From assembly GCA_964442745.1 (NCBI GenBank), contig CAYUAI010000001.1, positions 69,175 through 133,174 of the forward strand: DNA of 64,000 bases. The letters run 5' to 3'. The notes below the pieces were generated by a model, which made no database searches, was not told the origin of the DNA, and was given only the letters and a program-made list of their open reading frames with translations. Below, piece after piece: positions 49,088 to 59,378 of the stretch. The position numbers and the translations under genes were made by a program. Position 1 is the stretch's first letter, and every line of letters begins with the position of its first letter. Source of the DNA: an uncultured Chromatiales bacterium. Its GTDB lineage: Bacteria; Pseudomonadota; Gammaproteobacteria; S012-40.

Positions 49088-51255
49088 TTCATACGTGCCA
49101 CATAGTATACGCCACGCAGTTGCATCAATTTAGCCACCACGTTGTTCAACTGATCATTACTTTTTATTTGCAGGCTAATGTACATTTTTGCCTCATGGCT
49201 CCGCTTATTTGAGCGGGTATTAGCGCCCAGCACATTAATATTATCTGCGGCCAATAGCGAGGTAATATCGCGTAGCAATCCAGATCGATCGACAGAGTCA
49301 ATTTCAATATCGACTTCGTATAACTTGTCCTGGTGATGACTCCAAGCGACCTGTAATATTCTTTCCGGATAGTTTTTTTCCAGCTGAGACACATTCACAC
49401 AGTCTGCACGATGGACACTCACTCCTCGCCCTTGGGTAACAAAACCAACCACCGCATCGCCTGACATCGGTTTACAACATCGAGCAAGAGTTGTTAGCAG
49501 GTCACCCACCCCTTCAATCTCAATATCACGTTCAAGCTGGTGTGCTGCACGAGATATCGTTGGCACATCGCTTTTCAGTAATTGTTTGGCAACCTTCTCG
49601 GCGGTTAATAGATTTGCAATCTGAACAACGCCTAATTCACCTCGCCCAATGGCCGCATAGAGTTCATCCACATGGTTAAAATTGAATTTATTGGCGACCG
49701 CCAGCAATTGCCGTGGATCAATGGGCATCTGCTCAATGCCTCGTGCCAATAAATTACGGCCATTCGTCATATGCTCTTCTTTGAACTGTTGTTTAAACCA
49801 ATGCCGGACTTTTGCTCTGGCGCGAGGGGTATTCAAATAACCATAGTGCGAAATTAACCAGTCTCGACTCGGCTGACCCTTTTTGGATGAAATAATTTCG
49901 ACTTGCTGGCCACTGCTTAACTGCGTTGTCAAGGGTACCATGTGACCATCAACTCGCGCCCCTCGACATCGATGCCCTAAATCCGTATGGACATGGTAAG
50001 CAAAATCCAGTGGTGTTGCCCCATTGGGCAAATTAATCACCGAACCTTGAGGTGTCAGCACATAAATACGACTAGGGGATGGTCGAGTTTGTTGCGAACC
50101 CATCACTGCAGGCGCATGACGGGTTTCTTTGACACTTAATAATGATCGGATCGACTCGATATGCTGCTCGACTTCTCTATCATGCTTAGAGCCTTCTTTA
50201 TAGCGCCAATGGGCGGCCACCCCAAGTTCCGCATGTTCATCCATCGCTTGGGTGCGAATCTGTATTTCTATCACCTTATCATCCGGTCCCATCACCGCCG
50301 TATGTAATGATTGGTATAGGTTTCTCTTTGGCGCTGCAATATAATCATCGTATTCACCCGCAACATAAGGCCAATGACTATGCACGACACTCAAGGCGGT
50401 ATAGCATTGCGTCAAATCATCCACTAACACCCGCACCGCTCGTACATCATACAGTTCATCAAACTTCAAATGCTTTTTTTGCATTTTCCGCCAAATACTG
50501 TAGATATGCTTTGGTCGTCCATACACCTTGACAGGAATGCCTGCTTGCTGCAAAATTTGTTGTAGCTCAGTCACCACTTGCTGGATATATTGCTCTCGGT
50601 CAATCCGCCGCTCTTCTAAAAATGTGGCAATTTCTTGGTATTTTTTAGGCTCTAGATACCGAAACGTAAAATCTTCTAGCTCCCATTTAATCTGTCCGAT
50701 ACCTAATCGATTGGCTAAGGGTGCAAATACATCTTGGGTTTCTTGTGCCAACAAGTGTTTTTCTGATTCACTCGCATTTTTCGCTTTGCGCAGGCGTAAT
50801 AACTGGTAGGCTAACAAGATAAAAACAACCCGAACATCACTCATCATCGAGAGCAACATCATATGCTGACTTGACGAATCCGACGGCGACTTTTCCGATG
50901 ACTGCTTTAATGCAAAACCATCTCGCTCGGCGACCAATAAACGCTCAGTTTCAGCATATAAATTGCCAATCACCTGTCCAAATACCTGTGATATCTTTTC
51001 AATAGCAACCGATTGTTCACAAAAACTTTGATAAATAATCGCCGCACAAATGGTTTCACGATCCACTCTGATGTTTTCTAAGGTTGTGATAATCTGCTCG
51101 ACATCCGTCACCCATGCTGGAAACTCTGCCGCCGCAAAAAATGCCGCCGGCTGTAACCCAATGTTTGCTGAATGAACAAACAAATCGGTCACATAAGTCG
51201 GCCAACTTTTAGGAAAAACGGCATTTTGAATCGTTTGGTTTTTTTTCTCAGACAT
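49084..51255 (-). CDS. relA: GTP pyrophosphokinase RelA ((p)ppGpp synthetase I)
   Basis: 723 aa with a degenerate HD region, a RelA/SpoT synthetase domain (YGRPKHIYSIWRKM, DVRAVRVLV), TGS and ACT domains. mazG lies immediately downstream. Confidence 0.92.
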   Translation of the reverse strand: MSEKKNQTIQNAVFPKSWPTYVTDLFVHSANIGLQPAAFFAAAEFPAWVTDVEQIITTLENIRVDRETICAAIIYQSFCEQSVAIEKISQVFGQVIGNLYAETERLLVAERDGFALKQSSEKSPSDSSSQHMMLLSMMSDVRVVFILLAYQLLRLRKAKNASESEKHLLAQETQDVFAPLANRLGIGQIKWELEDFTFRYLEPKKYQEIATFLEERRIDREQYIQQVVTELQQILQQAGIPVKVYGRPKHIYSIWRKMQKKHLKFDELYDVRAVRVLVDDLTQCYTALSVVHSHWPYVAGEYDDYIAAPKRNLYQSLHTAVMGPDDKVIEIQIRTQAMDEHAELGVAAHWRYKEGSKHDREVEQHIESIRSLLSVKETRHAPAVMGSQQTRPSPSRIYVLTPQGSVINLPNGATPLDFAYHVHTDLGHRCRGARVDGHMVPLTTQLSSGQQVEIISSKKGQPSRDWLISHYGYLNTPRARAKVRHWFKQQFKEEHMTNGRNLLARGIEQMPIDPRQLLAVANKFNFNHVDELYAAIGRGELGVVQIANLLTAEKVAKQLLKSDVPTISRAAHQLERDIEIEGVGDLLTTLARCCKPMSGDAVVGFVTQGRGVSVHRADCVNVSQLEKNYPERILQVAWSHHQDKLYEVDIEIDSVDRSGLLRDITSLLAADNINVLGANTRSNKRSHEAKMYISLQIKSNDQLNNVVAKLMQLRGVYYVARMK

Positions 51256-51489
51256 GGCGCTATGTTACACAATATATCACTTCATGATAAATAAAATGTC
51301 TTGATAAAGGACTCACAGCCAAAATTTATGACATGTAAAAGCATTGCCATGTGAATCAATTGTTGCCATAATCTCTGCGCAAACTTTGCAAATGGACTCG
51401 CCTATTTGCCATGAGTGATTTATTTTTTCGTCACGGCAAACGTAGCGACAAAACCACGTCATTGTTTGCCATAGACCCACAGCTAAAAT

Positions 51490-51565
51490 GCCCCGGTAGC
51501 TCAGAGGATAGAGCAGCCGCCTCCTAAGCGGCAGGTCGGACGTTCGAGTCGTCTCCGGGGCACCA
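51490..51565 (+). tRNA. tRNA-Arg (anticodon CCU)
   Basis: A 76-nt cloverleaf folded by hand. The acceptor stem is GCCCCGG/CCGGGGC, the D stem GCTC/GAGC, and the anticodon stem GCCGC/GCGGC with loop CT-CCT-AA. The T arm is GGACG-TTCGAGT-CGTCT, followed by discriminator A and an encoded CCA. Confidence 0.93.
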
Positions 51566-51594
51566 CACTCACAACACCACAAACGCTTATTCGT

Positions 51595-52491
51595 ATGCAG
51601 ATTACAGATGGATACTTAACAGTCAAATTCAACACCTTGGGTGCTGAAATGCAGTCGCTATGCGCAAACGATAATCAAGAGTTTTTATGGCAAGCCGACC
51701 CGTCGATTTGGCCACGATATGCGCCTGTCTTATTCCCCATGGTAGGACGACTGAAAAACGACCAATTGATTCATCAAAATAAACCATTGACACTCACACA
51801 ACATGGTTTTGCCCGTGATAGCGAATTTTCTGTATTAGACCACAACCACCTATCCATCGCATTTGTATTATCAAGCAACGCCACCAGTAAAATGCACTAC
51901 CCATTTGATTTTGAATTGGTCATTCGTTATACACTTCATCAACACATATTGCTCATCGATTATACGGTAAGAAATCCAAGTGCCATGTCACTGCCTGTCA
52001 GTATCGGTGCTCACCCCGCATTCAAGTGGCCACTGGTTGAGAATAAAGCAAAAAACCAACACTTTATTCAATTTGAGAAACCTGAACAAGCACCAATTCG
52101 CCGTTTATCATCCGGGTTATTATTACCCGATGAGCAACCCTCACCGGTGAATCACGACAGGCTAATGTTAGATGATGCGTTATTTGAAAACGATGCATTA
52201 ATTTTCGATCAACTGCAAAGTCGTTCACTCACCTATGGTATCATCAATCAAGACTACCCTCGCCTCCATATTCACTACGCTGACTTTCCCCATTTAGGCC
52301 TATGGAGCAAATCACGCGCAAATTTCTTATGTATCGAACCTTGGCAGGGCTACGCAAGCCCTCTCACATATGATGGCGAATTTTCTGCAAAACCGGGGAT
52401 CATTCAGATCGCTTCCTATGCCGAACAATCTTGGCGCCATCGTATTGAAATCAAAATAGCAGATGAAATAGCGGCGATTTCCATCCCTTAA
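51595..52491 (+). CDS. Aldose 1-epimerase family protein
   Basis: 298 aa. The pattern PVLFPMVGRL...QHGFAR...GAHPAF...EPW is typical of the small aldose-epimerase/LacX-like family. Confidence 0.8.
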   Translation: MQITDGYLTVKFNTLGAEMQSLCANDNQEFLWQADPSIWPRYAPVLFPMVGRLKNDQLIHQNKPLTLTQHGFARDSEFSVLDHNHLSIAFVLSSNATSKMHYPFDFELVIRYTLHQHILLIDYTVRNPSAMSLPVSIGAHPAFKWPLVENKAKNQHFIQFEKPEQAPIRRLSSGLLLPDEQPSPVNHDRLMLDDALFENDALIFDQLQSRSLTYGIINQDYPRLHIHYADFPHLGLWSKSRANFLCIEPWQGYASPLTYDGEFSAKPGIIQIASYAEQSWRHRIEIKIADEIAAISIP

Positions 52492-53114
52492 CTCTTCCGC
52501 TTACGAATGAGCTCTCGTTGACGATCTAAAATATAGCGCATGAGCAATTTCCTATCGCTTTCGTAGAGCACGGGAAACTCCACCCCGATCCGAAAGACGC
52601 GCCTATCCTCGTCGGAATCTTCCAAATGACAATGAATAACCTGCCCATAGGTATCAATACCAAAACGCGCATCGACAACCACGAGCTTAATATGGAAGTA
52701 CTCACCAATACCATATGGCTCAGGCCGATTAAAACTAACACCACCTTCACTAATATCAATGGTGCGGGTTGTGGTAATGATGGTTTTATCTTCCGCCGAT
52801 TTTTTAAATTGGTCAAACACCAAATGTGATGTAATCACATCAATTTTTTTATTCAGCACTTCCAAATACTGAGTGAGACCCGGATTTTCTCTGCGAAAAA
52901 TGGCTAACATTGGACTGAGTTCACGATCAAGTTGTTCTAACTTAACACTGAATTCATCTTTTTTCGGTTTTAACTTACCGCTATGATTTTTTATCTGCGC
53001 TAACTCATCAGTCGTTACCGGGCGATATTCAATATAAACACATTCCTCAATGCGAAAATAACTGCGGCGCTCTTTTTCACTATCATCATTAAACGAAACA
53101 TGACTTTCACTCAC
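52488..53114 (-). CDS. PilZ-domain protein with widely separated c-di-GMP motifs
   Basis: 208 aa with RRSYFR at residues 16-21 and DISEGG at residues 120-125. The region between them looks helical. It starts 18 nt downstream of the RND permease on the same strand. Confidence 0.65.
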   Translation of the reverse strand: MSESHVSFNDDSEKERRSYFRIEECVYIEYRPVTTDELAQIKNHSGKLKPKKDEFSVKLEQLDRELSPMLAIFRRENPGLTQYLEVLNKKIDVITSHLVFDQFKKSAEDKTIITTTRTIDISEGGVSFNRPEPYGIGEYFHIKLVVVDARFGIDTYGQVIHCHLEDSDEDRRVFRIGVEFPVLYESDRKLLMRYILDRQRELIRKRKS

Positions 53115-53131
53115 CAGTTCATCCTTTTGTA

Positions 53132-56100
53132 TTATGCGATGGCTTTATAAGGGATTGCTTCAGTTTGTTTGAAGTTATGCTCACCAATCCGCAATAAGCT
53201 AGGTAATAAAATAAGAGTAAATAAAGTGCTCAAGCACATACCACCCACGATAACGGTAGCTAAACCGCGATAAAGCTCAGCCCCCGCACCGGGCACCAAC
53301 AATAATGGCAACATCCCAAAGATACTTGTTAACGTACTCATTAAAATGGGACGCAAACGCAGCCGAACGGCTTGTTCAACGGCGGCCGATCGATGTAAAC
53401 CTTCTCGCTCGGCGGCACGTGTCTGATGAACTAACAAAATAGCATTATTGACAACTAAGCCTAATAAAATGATAAAACCAATCATGGTCAGCAAGTCCAT
53501 CGGCTGAAACGAAAATGTATTCAATATCGCTAACGCTAACACACCACCAATGGTCGCTAATGGAATCGTCATCAACACCAACAAACTATCTTTAAATGAT
53601 CGAAACAATGCGCTAATCAATAAATATAGAATAATAATCGCCAGTAAGAAACTGCCACCCATACTCAACAAGGCCGTTTCCAATTGATCGGCTGTTCCTG
53701 AGTATTCCACGGTTCCATCTTCTGGCAGTAAACTAGTGATGATCGGCTCAACGTCTTCTCTGAGTAAGGCGATGGCTTCTTCTAGAGACATCTCCGTCGG
53801 TGGCGTCACTCGTAAGGTAATGGTTCGCCGTCGATTAATTCGGCGGATTTCTTCAGGCCCTGCCGTACGTTGCAACTGAACCAATTCACCTAAAGGCAGT
53901 ACACCAGCGTTAGGTGTTGCCAAAGGGATCGCAGCAAACTCTTCTGGAGTATCCCAAGGCTCACTCCGCAAGATCACATCAAGACGCTGTTCTCCATCAA
54001 AATAATCACCTACATGCAAACCACTGCCTAATGATCTAACAATATTGGCTAATTGACCTCGATCCCACCCAGCTTCCGCGATTCTTCGCTCATCGGGCAG
54101 TAAACGCAACTCTGGATTAGCCAAGTCCAAACCAGGAAAAGGTCGAACCGATGACCCAGGCAATACACTTCGTATGGTGCCAAACCCGGCTTGTGCTGCT
54201 TGCAATAATGACTCAATATCCCGGCCTTGAATATTAATATCAATCGTTCGACCGCTACCAAATCCGCCAAAAAGTGAAGATCGTTTGGCAAATGCCATGG
54301 TGTCCGGAAACCCCTGAATAACTCGATTAATTAAACCCACTAACTCATCGGTTCTCGCCGGATCTTTAGCTCGTACTCCCATAAATGCACCACCGTTGAA
54401 AATCACAAAGAAATAATTATCCACCACCAAATCTTCCTTGCCATCCACATAGGGTTGCATCCGCTCTGCCACCACAAACCCCATTTCTTTTTCTAAGGTG
54501 TCGATATTAATGCCCGGCGGAGGCAAAATAAAAGCAAACACCAGGTTACGATTCCCTTCAGGTAAATAATCGGCTTTGGGTAACAATAAAAAAGCTAAAT
54601 AAATAGGCAACGCAATCAGGCTAAAAATCCAAAAAAAACGGCGCCAACCCGTATTTGTTAACCACATAATAAATCGCGTCGTAGCACGCCACCAATGAGC
54701 ATGGGGATCTTGCATATTTGAATGCGCCAACCATTTATTAGCGGCCGTGGGTAGCACCGTCACAGCAACGATCAGTGAAAAACAGATAGCAACAGCGATC
54801 GCCAAAGCCAAATCCGCAAACAATTGGCCAGCTTCTTCTTTAAGGAAAACAACGGGTAAAAATATCGCCACCGTAGTAACCGTTGAGGCTAATAATGCGC
54901 CCCAAACTTGGCTCGTACCAAGTAACGCGGCTTCATCGCTCGGCTTACCGTTTTCACGCAAACGAACAATATTTTCCAAAACAACAATCGCGGCATCGAG
55001 CACCATGCCCACAGCAAAAGCTAATCCCGCGAGGGAAATCACGTTGAGGGTCCGACCCGCGGCATCTAATATAATAAACGAGGCCAATATAGTCACAGGA
55101 ATCGCCACCGCCACCATTAACGTTGCTCGAAAACGGCGCAAAAACCACCAGAGCACACCCACAGCTAAAATGATACCAAGCCCCAGGTTAGTCCTGACCA
55201 AATCAATGGACCGGTCAATATAAATTGTTTCATCATACACTTGTTCAAACGACAAATGAGCTCTTTTTAAAGGACCTTCACGCAGTTCATCGCCAGCAAT
55301 ACGCAACTGCTCCATCACCTCTAATACATTAACACCATTTTCCCTGTGTGCATTGACAGCCATGGCCGACGCCCCATTTTGAATGACAAACGAACTGCGG
55401 TCGACCTGGGCTAAACGAACCTCCGCGACATCCGCCAATCGAATAGGACGACCTTCACGCCATTCAAGCACCATATTGCCTAACTCATCCAAATCGTACT
55501 TGCCTGCAAAGCGGATCGTATAACGGCGTTTGCCCACATCCGCACTGCCCGCCGAAACATCATTACTCCCCCCCGCCAGCACCGCGACTTTGGGTAATTG
55601 TATACCTAAGCTCGCCGCTTTATAGGGATCAAAAGTAATACGCACTTCATTTTCACGTCCTCCCCGTACTTCAGATAAAGCAACACCTGGCACCCGTTCG
55701 AAGCGGGTTTGCACGACCTCTTCAATAAAATCTTGATAACTCGCAATATGTCGATCATTACCCGGCAACGGCTTTAAAATAAACCAGGCAATGGCCCGAC
55801 TATTGCCACCCACCGAACTGATCACCGGCTCTTCTACATCCTCAGGATAAAACGGCACACGATTCAACCGATTGAGCACTTCCAACAGGCCACGCTGCAT
55901 ATCCATGCCCACTTGAAAAGTAATCGTAATTTCGCCACGATTTCGTTGTGCTTTTGCAGTCAGCTCTGTCATACCTGGTAAACCGCGCAATACTTTTTCT
56001 TGAGGTTCGATAATATCCGCCTCAATTTCTTCGGGGGCGGCCGCACGCCATGTGGTACTAATGGTAATTTCCGGCTTTTCCACTTCAGGCGTTAATTGAA

Positions 56101-56200
56101 CCGGTAACCGAGAGAAACTAATCACACCGAATAAAATAGCCAGCAAGACAGCGACAAATACCGCCACGGGATTACCTAGAGAGTGCTTGGTTAAATTCAT
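53132..56200 (-). CDS. RND efflux transporter permease (AcrB/HAE family)
   Basis: 1022 aa with 12 TM segments, two large periplasmic loops and a typical N-terminus (NPVAVFVAVLLAILFGVISFSRLPVQLTPEVEKPEITI). Confidence 0.95.
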   Translation of the reverse strand: MNLTKHSLGNPVAVFVAVLLAILFGVISFSRLPVQLTPEVEKPEITISTTWRAAAPEEIEADIIEPQEKVLRGLPGMTELTAKAQRNRGEITITFQVGMDMQRGLLEVLNRLNRVPFYPEDVEEPVISSVGGNSRAIAWFILKPLPGNDRHIASYQDFIEEVVQTRFERVPGVALSEVRGGRENEVRITFDPYKAASLGIQLPKVAVLAGGSNDVSAGSADVGKRRYTIRFAGKYDLDELGNMVLEWREGRPIRLADVAEVRLAQVDRSSFVIQNGASAMAVNAHRENGVNVLEVMEQLRIAGDELREGPLKRAHLSFEQVYDETIYIDRSIDLVRTNLGLGIILAVGVLWWFLRRFRATLMVAVAIPVTILASFIILDAAGRTLNVISLAGLAFAVGMVLDAAIVVLENIVRLRENGKPSDEAALLGTSQVWGALLASTVTTVAIFLPVVFLKEEAGQLFADLALAIAVAICFSLIVAVTVLPTAANKWLAHSNMQDPHAHWWRATTRFIMWLTNTGWRRFFWIFSLIALPIYLAFLLLPKADYLPEGNRNLVFAFILPPPGINIDTLEKEMGFVVAERMQPYVDGKEDLVVDNYFFVIFNGGAFMGVRAKDPARTDELVGLINRVIQGFPDTMAFAKRSSLFGGFGSGRTIDINIQGRDIESLLQAAQAGFGTIRSVLPGSSVRPFPGLDLANPELRLLPDERRIAEAGWDRGQLANIVRSLGSGLHVGDYFDGEQRLDVILRSEPWDTPEEFAAIPLATPNAGVLPLGELVQLQRTAGPEEIRRINRRRTITLRVTPPTEMSLEEAIALLREDVEPIITSLLPEDGTVEYSGTADQLETALLSMGGSFLLAIIILYLLISALFRSFKDSLLVLMTIPLATIGGVLALAILNTFSFQPMDLLTMIGFIILLGLVVNNAILLVHQTRAAEREGLHRSAAVEQAVRLRLRPILMSTLTSIFGMLPLLLVPGAGAELYRGLATVIVGGMCLSTLFTLILLPSLLRIGEHNFKQTEAIPYKAIA

Positions 56201-57264
56201 GACTCATCACCGCCGGAGGGTAGCAACTTAACCAGCTGACCCGGTCGTAATCGCTCACTGCCACGAATAACTATTTTATCTCCCGCCCGAATATCACCCC
56301 TAACTTCAATAAATGCACCACTAGCAATCCCCGTGGATACACCCACACGCTCCGCTTTGCTTCCATCTCCGACGCGAAAAATAGAGGCTCCATTACGACG
56401 TAAAACAATCGCGTCACGCGGTACTGTCATCACTGACCGAGCACTATCAATGGGCACCGATACACGTACGGCTTGGCCAGCCAACCAGCGCTTCCCTTTC
56501 AATGAAATACGTACTTCAAACAAATGTGATTGCACATCACCAATGGGTACGATAGTGCGTAAATCACCTAATTCTGCTTGCGTTTTTTGGGTGATTTGTA
56601 TTCTATCTCCCAGTGTTAGGTTAACCACGCTCTCATGAGGGACCCGCGCCATCACTTCCAGGGCTTGGGGATTAACAAAGGCTAAAACTTCATCACCAGA
56701 ACTCACCCATTCGCCTTGACGCGCTAACCGTTCTGTCACCATACCACTAAAAGGCGCTGTTATTTTATGGCGCTTCAGGATTTCTTTTTCAAATTGTAAG
56801 CGTGCTTTGGTTAAGGATAATTCCGTTTTCGCCACACTAAAATCACTGAACGTTTTGTCGAACAAATTCCTTGCCGTTAAATTAGCCTCCGCCATCGCTT
56901 CAAGACGTTTTGCCTCCTTACCTAAATAAGCGAGCCGGACTTCTTCTCGTTCTAAGTTTGCCTCAATTTGTTGTACTTCTAAGTCCTGTAAGGTATCATC
57001 GAGCTTTGCAATAAATGCCCCTTTGCGTACATGATCTCCTACCTCAGCCACCCATGTTAAACGGCCACTCACTTCAGTCGCGATGTTGGCTTGCTGGCGA
57101 CTGATTACCGTTCCAGGGACGTCAATTATCGGCGCTAACGCTTGCTGTTTCGCAATACCAACGATGACCGGAGTCGCACGTGGACCAGACTCTCTCGCAA
57201 AAATTGAAGCTGACAACAGCACACATAATAACGACAACAAACTGCCAACGATATTTTTCATCAT
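56197..57264 (-). CDS. RND efflux periplasmic adaptor (membrane fusion protein)
   Basis: HlyD/AcrA-like architecture: signal peptide, a lipoyl/barrel-sandwich segment, a coiled-coil hairpin and a beta-barrel. It overlaps the permease by 4 nt. I prefer the ATG-ATG at 57264 (MMKNIVGSLL...) over the TTG at 57327. Confidence 0.9.
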   Translation of the reverse strand: MMKNIVGSLLSLLCVLLSASIFARESGPRATPVIVGIAKQQALAPIIDVPGTVISRQQANIATEVSGRLTWVAEVGDHVRKGAFIAKLDDTLQDLEVQQIEANLEREEVRLAYLGKEAKRLEAMAEANLTARNLFDKTFSDFSVAKTELSLTKARLQFEKEILKRHKITAPFSGMVTERLARQGEWVSSGDEVLAFVNPQALEVMARVPHESVVNLTLGDRIQITQKTQAELGDLRTIVPIGDVQSHLFEVRISLKGKRWLAGQAVRVSVPIDSARSVMTVPRDAIVLRRNGASIFRVGDGSKAERVGVSTGIASGAFIEVRGDIRAGDKIVIRGSERLRPGQLVKLLPSGGDES

Positions 57265-57549
57265 GCTTTCCAAACTTCCATAATTTAAAAATGGATTAAA
57301 TCCAGATACCTGCTTAGATACAAGCAAGAGATTCCCTCAAAAAAAACCGTGCTGTTAAATATTATAGTTTCAACTGTGGCACAATTGTTTCATCTAAAAA
57401 TACTTTCACTACAGGCGTACATTTTTCATACAAACAACCCGTAAGGATTTAAGAATTTGACATCAAGCTCAATAAAAAAGTGTCCCGAAACGCCTAGCAA
57501 GGTTAAATAACTGCATTTTATCTGCATAAAATAATCCGTTTTACCGCCA

Positions 57550-58113
57550 ATGAAAACTATCGCCAGCAATAATTTTATTATGCCAAAAAATCATCAAGAT
57601 CATCGCTTCACCGATCGACTCGGTAAAATCATGGCCTATATCACTTGGTTTCTGGTGTTAGCTGGACTCACTTTATTTTTTAATAACTGGTTAGCGAAGC
57701 AACACAATCCCAATCAGGATGTCAACAGTCACGTCACCAACGAAGGGATAAAGGAAGTCCAACTAACTCGCAATCGAGCAGGTCATTACGTCGCCACAGG
57801 ATTATTAAATGCGGAATCTGTGGATTTTTTGATCGACACGGGTGCCAGCGACATTGCGTTACCCGCCGCCATCGCCCAAAAACTTAATCTCTCTAAAGGA
57901 CAACCGATAGTATACCGTACGGCCAATGGCTCCGTGGTTGGTTATATGACGACCATTAAGCGGGTCAAACTGGGAGATATTGAGCTTTTTGACGTCGCGG
58001 CGGGTATCAACCCCGGCTTAGAAGAGAATTTTGCACTATTAGGCATGAGTTTTTTAAAACAATTAGAATTTACCCAGCGCGGTAAAACACTGACGATTCG
58101 GCAATACCCATGA
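57550..58113 (+). CDS. Retropepsin-like (clan AA) aspartic protease, membrane-anchored
   Basis: 187 aa with an N-terminal TM segment and the catalytic motif LIDTGASDIALP, matching the TIGR02281-type pattern. Confidence 0.8.
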   Translation: MKTIASNNFIMPKNHQDHRFTDRLGKIMAYITWFLVLAGLTLFFNNWLAKQHNPNQDVNSHVTNEGIKEVQLTRNRAGHYVATGLLNAESVDFLIDTGASDIALPAAIAQKLNLSKGQPIVYRTANGSVVGYMTTIKRVKLGDIELFDVAAGINPGLEENFALLGMSFLKQLEFTQRGKTLTIRQYP

Positions 58114-58148
58114 TAAGGTACTATGCATGCACAATGAAGGAGAATCAG

Positions 58149-58595
58149 ATGGCTTGGCTGCCACATATTACGGTTGCATCCGTGATTGAAAAGAACAATA
58201 AGTTTTTATTAATCGAAGAAATGATAGACGGGCGTGCCGTGCTAAATCAACCAGCGGGCCATTGGGAACAGGGTGAAAGTTTATTGGAGGCCGCTACTCG
58301 GGAAACCCTAGAAGAGTCTGCCTGGCACTTCACACCGGAAGCACTCATTGGCATTTACCGTTGGCAGCATCCCAAAAAAAGCAAAACCTATTTGCGTTTT
58401 GCTTTTTGCGGAAAAGCCGATCATTTTGAGGAAAATCGACCGCTTGATAAAGGGGTTATAGGTACGGCTTGGTTAACAGCAGAGGAAATTAAAATATTAG
58501 CGGCTAGACATCGCAGTCCACAAGTGCAACGATGTATCGATGACTATCTATCTGGCCAACGATTTCCACTCCATTGCCTTGCTGATGTTAGCTAG
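58149..58595 (+). CDS. nudJ: NUDIX hydrolase NudJ-like
   Basis: The Nudix box is GHWEQGESLLEAATRETLEESAW. It aligns throughout with my recollection of E. coli NudJ (PHITVASV..., NQPAGH, YLRFAF, RSPQV, SGQRFPL). The ATG at 58149 follows AAGGAG with 6-nt spacing. The track ORF starts earlier, at 58110. Confidence 0.85.
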   Translation: MAWLPHITVASVIEKNNKFLLIEEMIDGRAVLNQPAGHWEQGESLLEAATRETLEESAWHFTPEALIGIYRWQHPKKSKTYLRFAFCGKADHFEENRPLDKGVIGTAWLTAEEIKILAARHRSPQVQRCIDDYLSGQRFPLHCLADVS

Positions 58596-58613
58596 GCATA
58601 ATGTAGTCATTCC

Positions 58614-59126
58614 TTACAATTTTTCCCTCATAAAAACATGATTGCCAATTTGCACGGTTTTAACTTTTTTGGCGGCCCAATATGGATTGACTAACTTAGG
58701 TGCATAATAAAACAATGCCCCGCCAGTGATATCAACCGCACCATTGGTTTTTTTGTAATTGTGTTCATACTTATGATAGACAAACTCAGCCACCTCCTCT
58801 GCTAATTTCCAAGCCTTTGAGTCTTTTGGATGATCGCTTTTCCCATCCTGCGTCCAACTAAATTGCCGTGATTGCCACACCACTTTGCATACGGTATTTG
58901 GATAACGAGAACTCATCACTCGATTCATCGTAACAATAGCGACCGCCATTTGGCCTGTTTTATTTTCGCCGCGTGCCTCATGATATATATTTAAGGACAA
59001 GCAATTGATTTGCTTTTCATCTTGCTGGGCAAAAACCGTTGAAACATAACTCAGAATAAGAACGAGAACAAGAAAAAACAAAGACTGCATGGCTTTCGCA
59101 CCCCTATCAAATGCGTAATTGGTCAT
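58614..59126 (-). CDS. SleB-family cell wall hydrolase
   Basis: 170 aa with a signal peptide and a Hydrolase_2 pattern (LNIYHEARGE...VAIVTMNRV...YPNTVCKVVWQSRQFSW). Confidence 0.85.
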   Translation of the reverse strand: MTNYAFDRGAKAMQSLFFLVLVLILSYVSTVFAQQDEKQINCLSLNIYHEARGENKTGQMAVAIVTMNRVMSSRYPNTVCKVVWQSRQFSWTQDGKSDHPKDSKAWKLAEEVAEFVYHKYEHNYKKTNGAVDITGGALFYYAPKLVNPYWAAKKVKTVQIGNHVFMREKL

Positions 59127-59378
59127 AAATACCTCTCCCCAAATCGATCAGTTTACTCAGCGAAATAGCCTATCCTTATGGGAAAACGTTTTGGGGCGGT
59201 CTAAAGAATATTTAACTAGGCTATCTTCGAACGATTAAATATTCCTTGTGCATGTTCTCTGCCTAAACGACGGAGAGGCCATTGAATTAACACATTTTAT
59301 CGTCAGTACAAATACTATTTTCGATACGAATCAATTAATTACAATATTAGTTGGTCATTAAACTTAGAGACTCTGAGG

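Noticed and set aside
51461-51489. TTGTTT-N16-TAAAAT as the tRNA-Arg promoter
   Set aside because: The -10 hexamer ends immediately before the mature tRNA 5' end. Transcription would therefore start inside the tRNA and leave no RNase P leader.
51313-51582. 89-aa minus-strand ORF
   Set aside because: It runs antisense straight through the tRNA-Arg gene and has no RBS or recognisable features. It is an artefact.
52488-52491. Convergent genes with overlapping stop codons (TTAA)
   Set aside because: This is a common compact arrangement and gives no indication of special regulation.
51490-53114. tRNA-Arg(CCU) as an integration hotspot or genomic island boundary
   Set aside because: No integrase, no phage or plasmid genes, and no visible direct repeat of the tRNA 3' end lie downstream. 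The flanking genes are ordinary chromosomal genes.
57377-57391. TGGCAC-N5-TTTC in the MFP/protease divergent region as a sigma-54 promoter
   Set aside because: The -13 G is missing (TTTC instead of TTGC). The site is about 160 nt from the nearest start codon. It is too weak to call without a scoring matrix.
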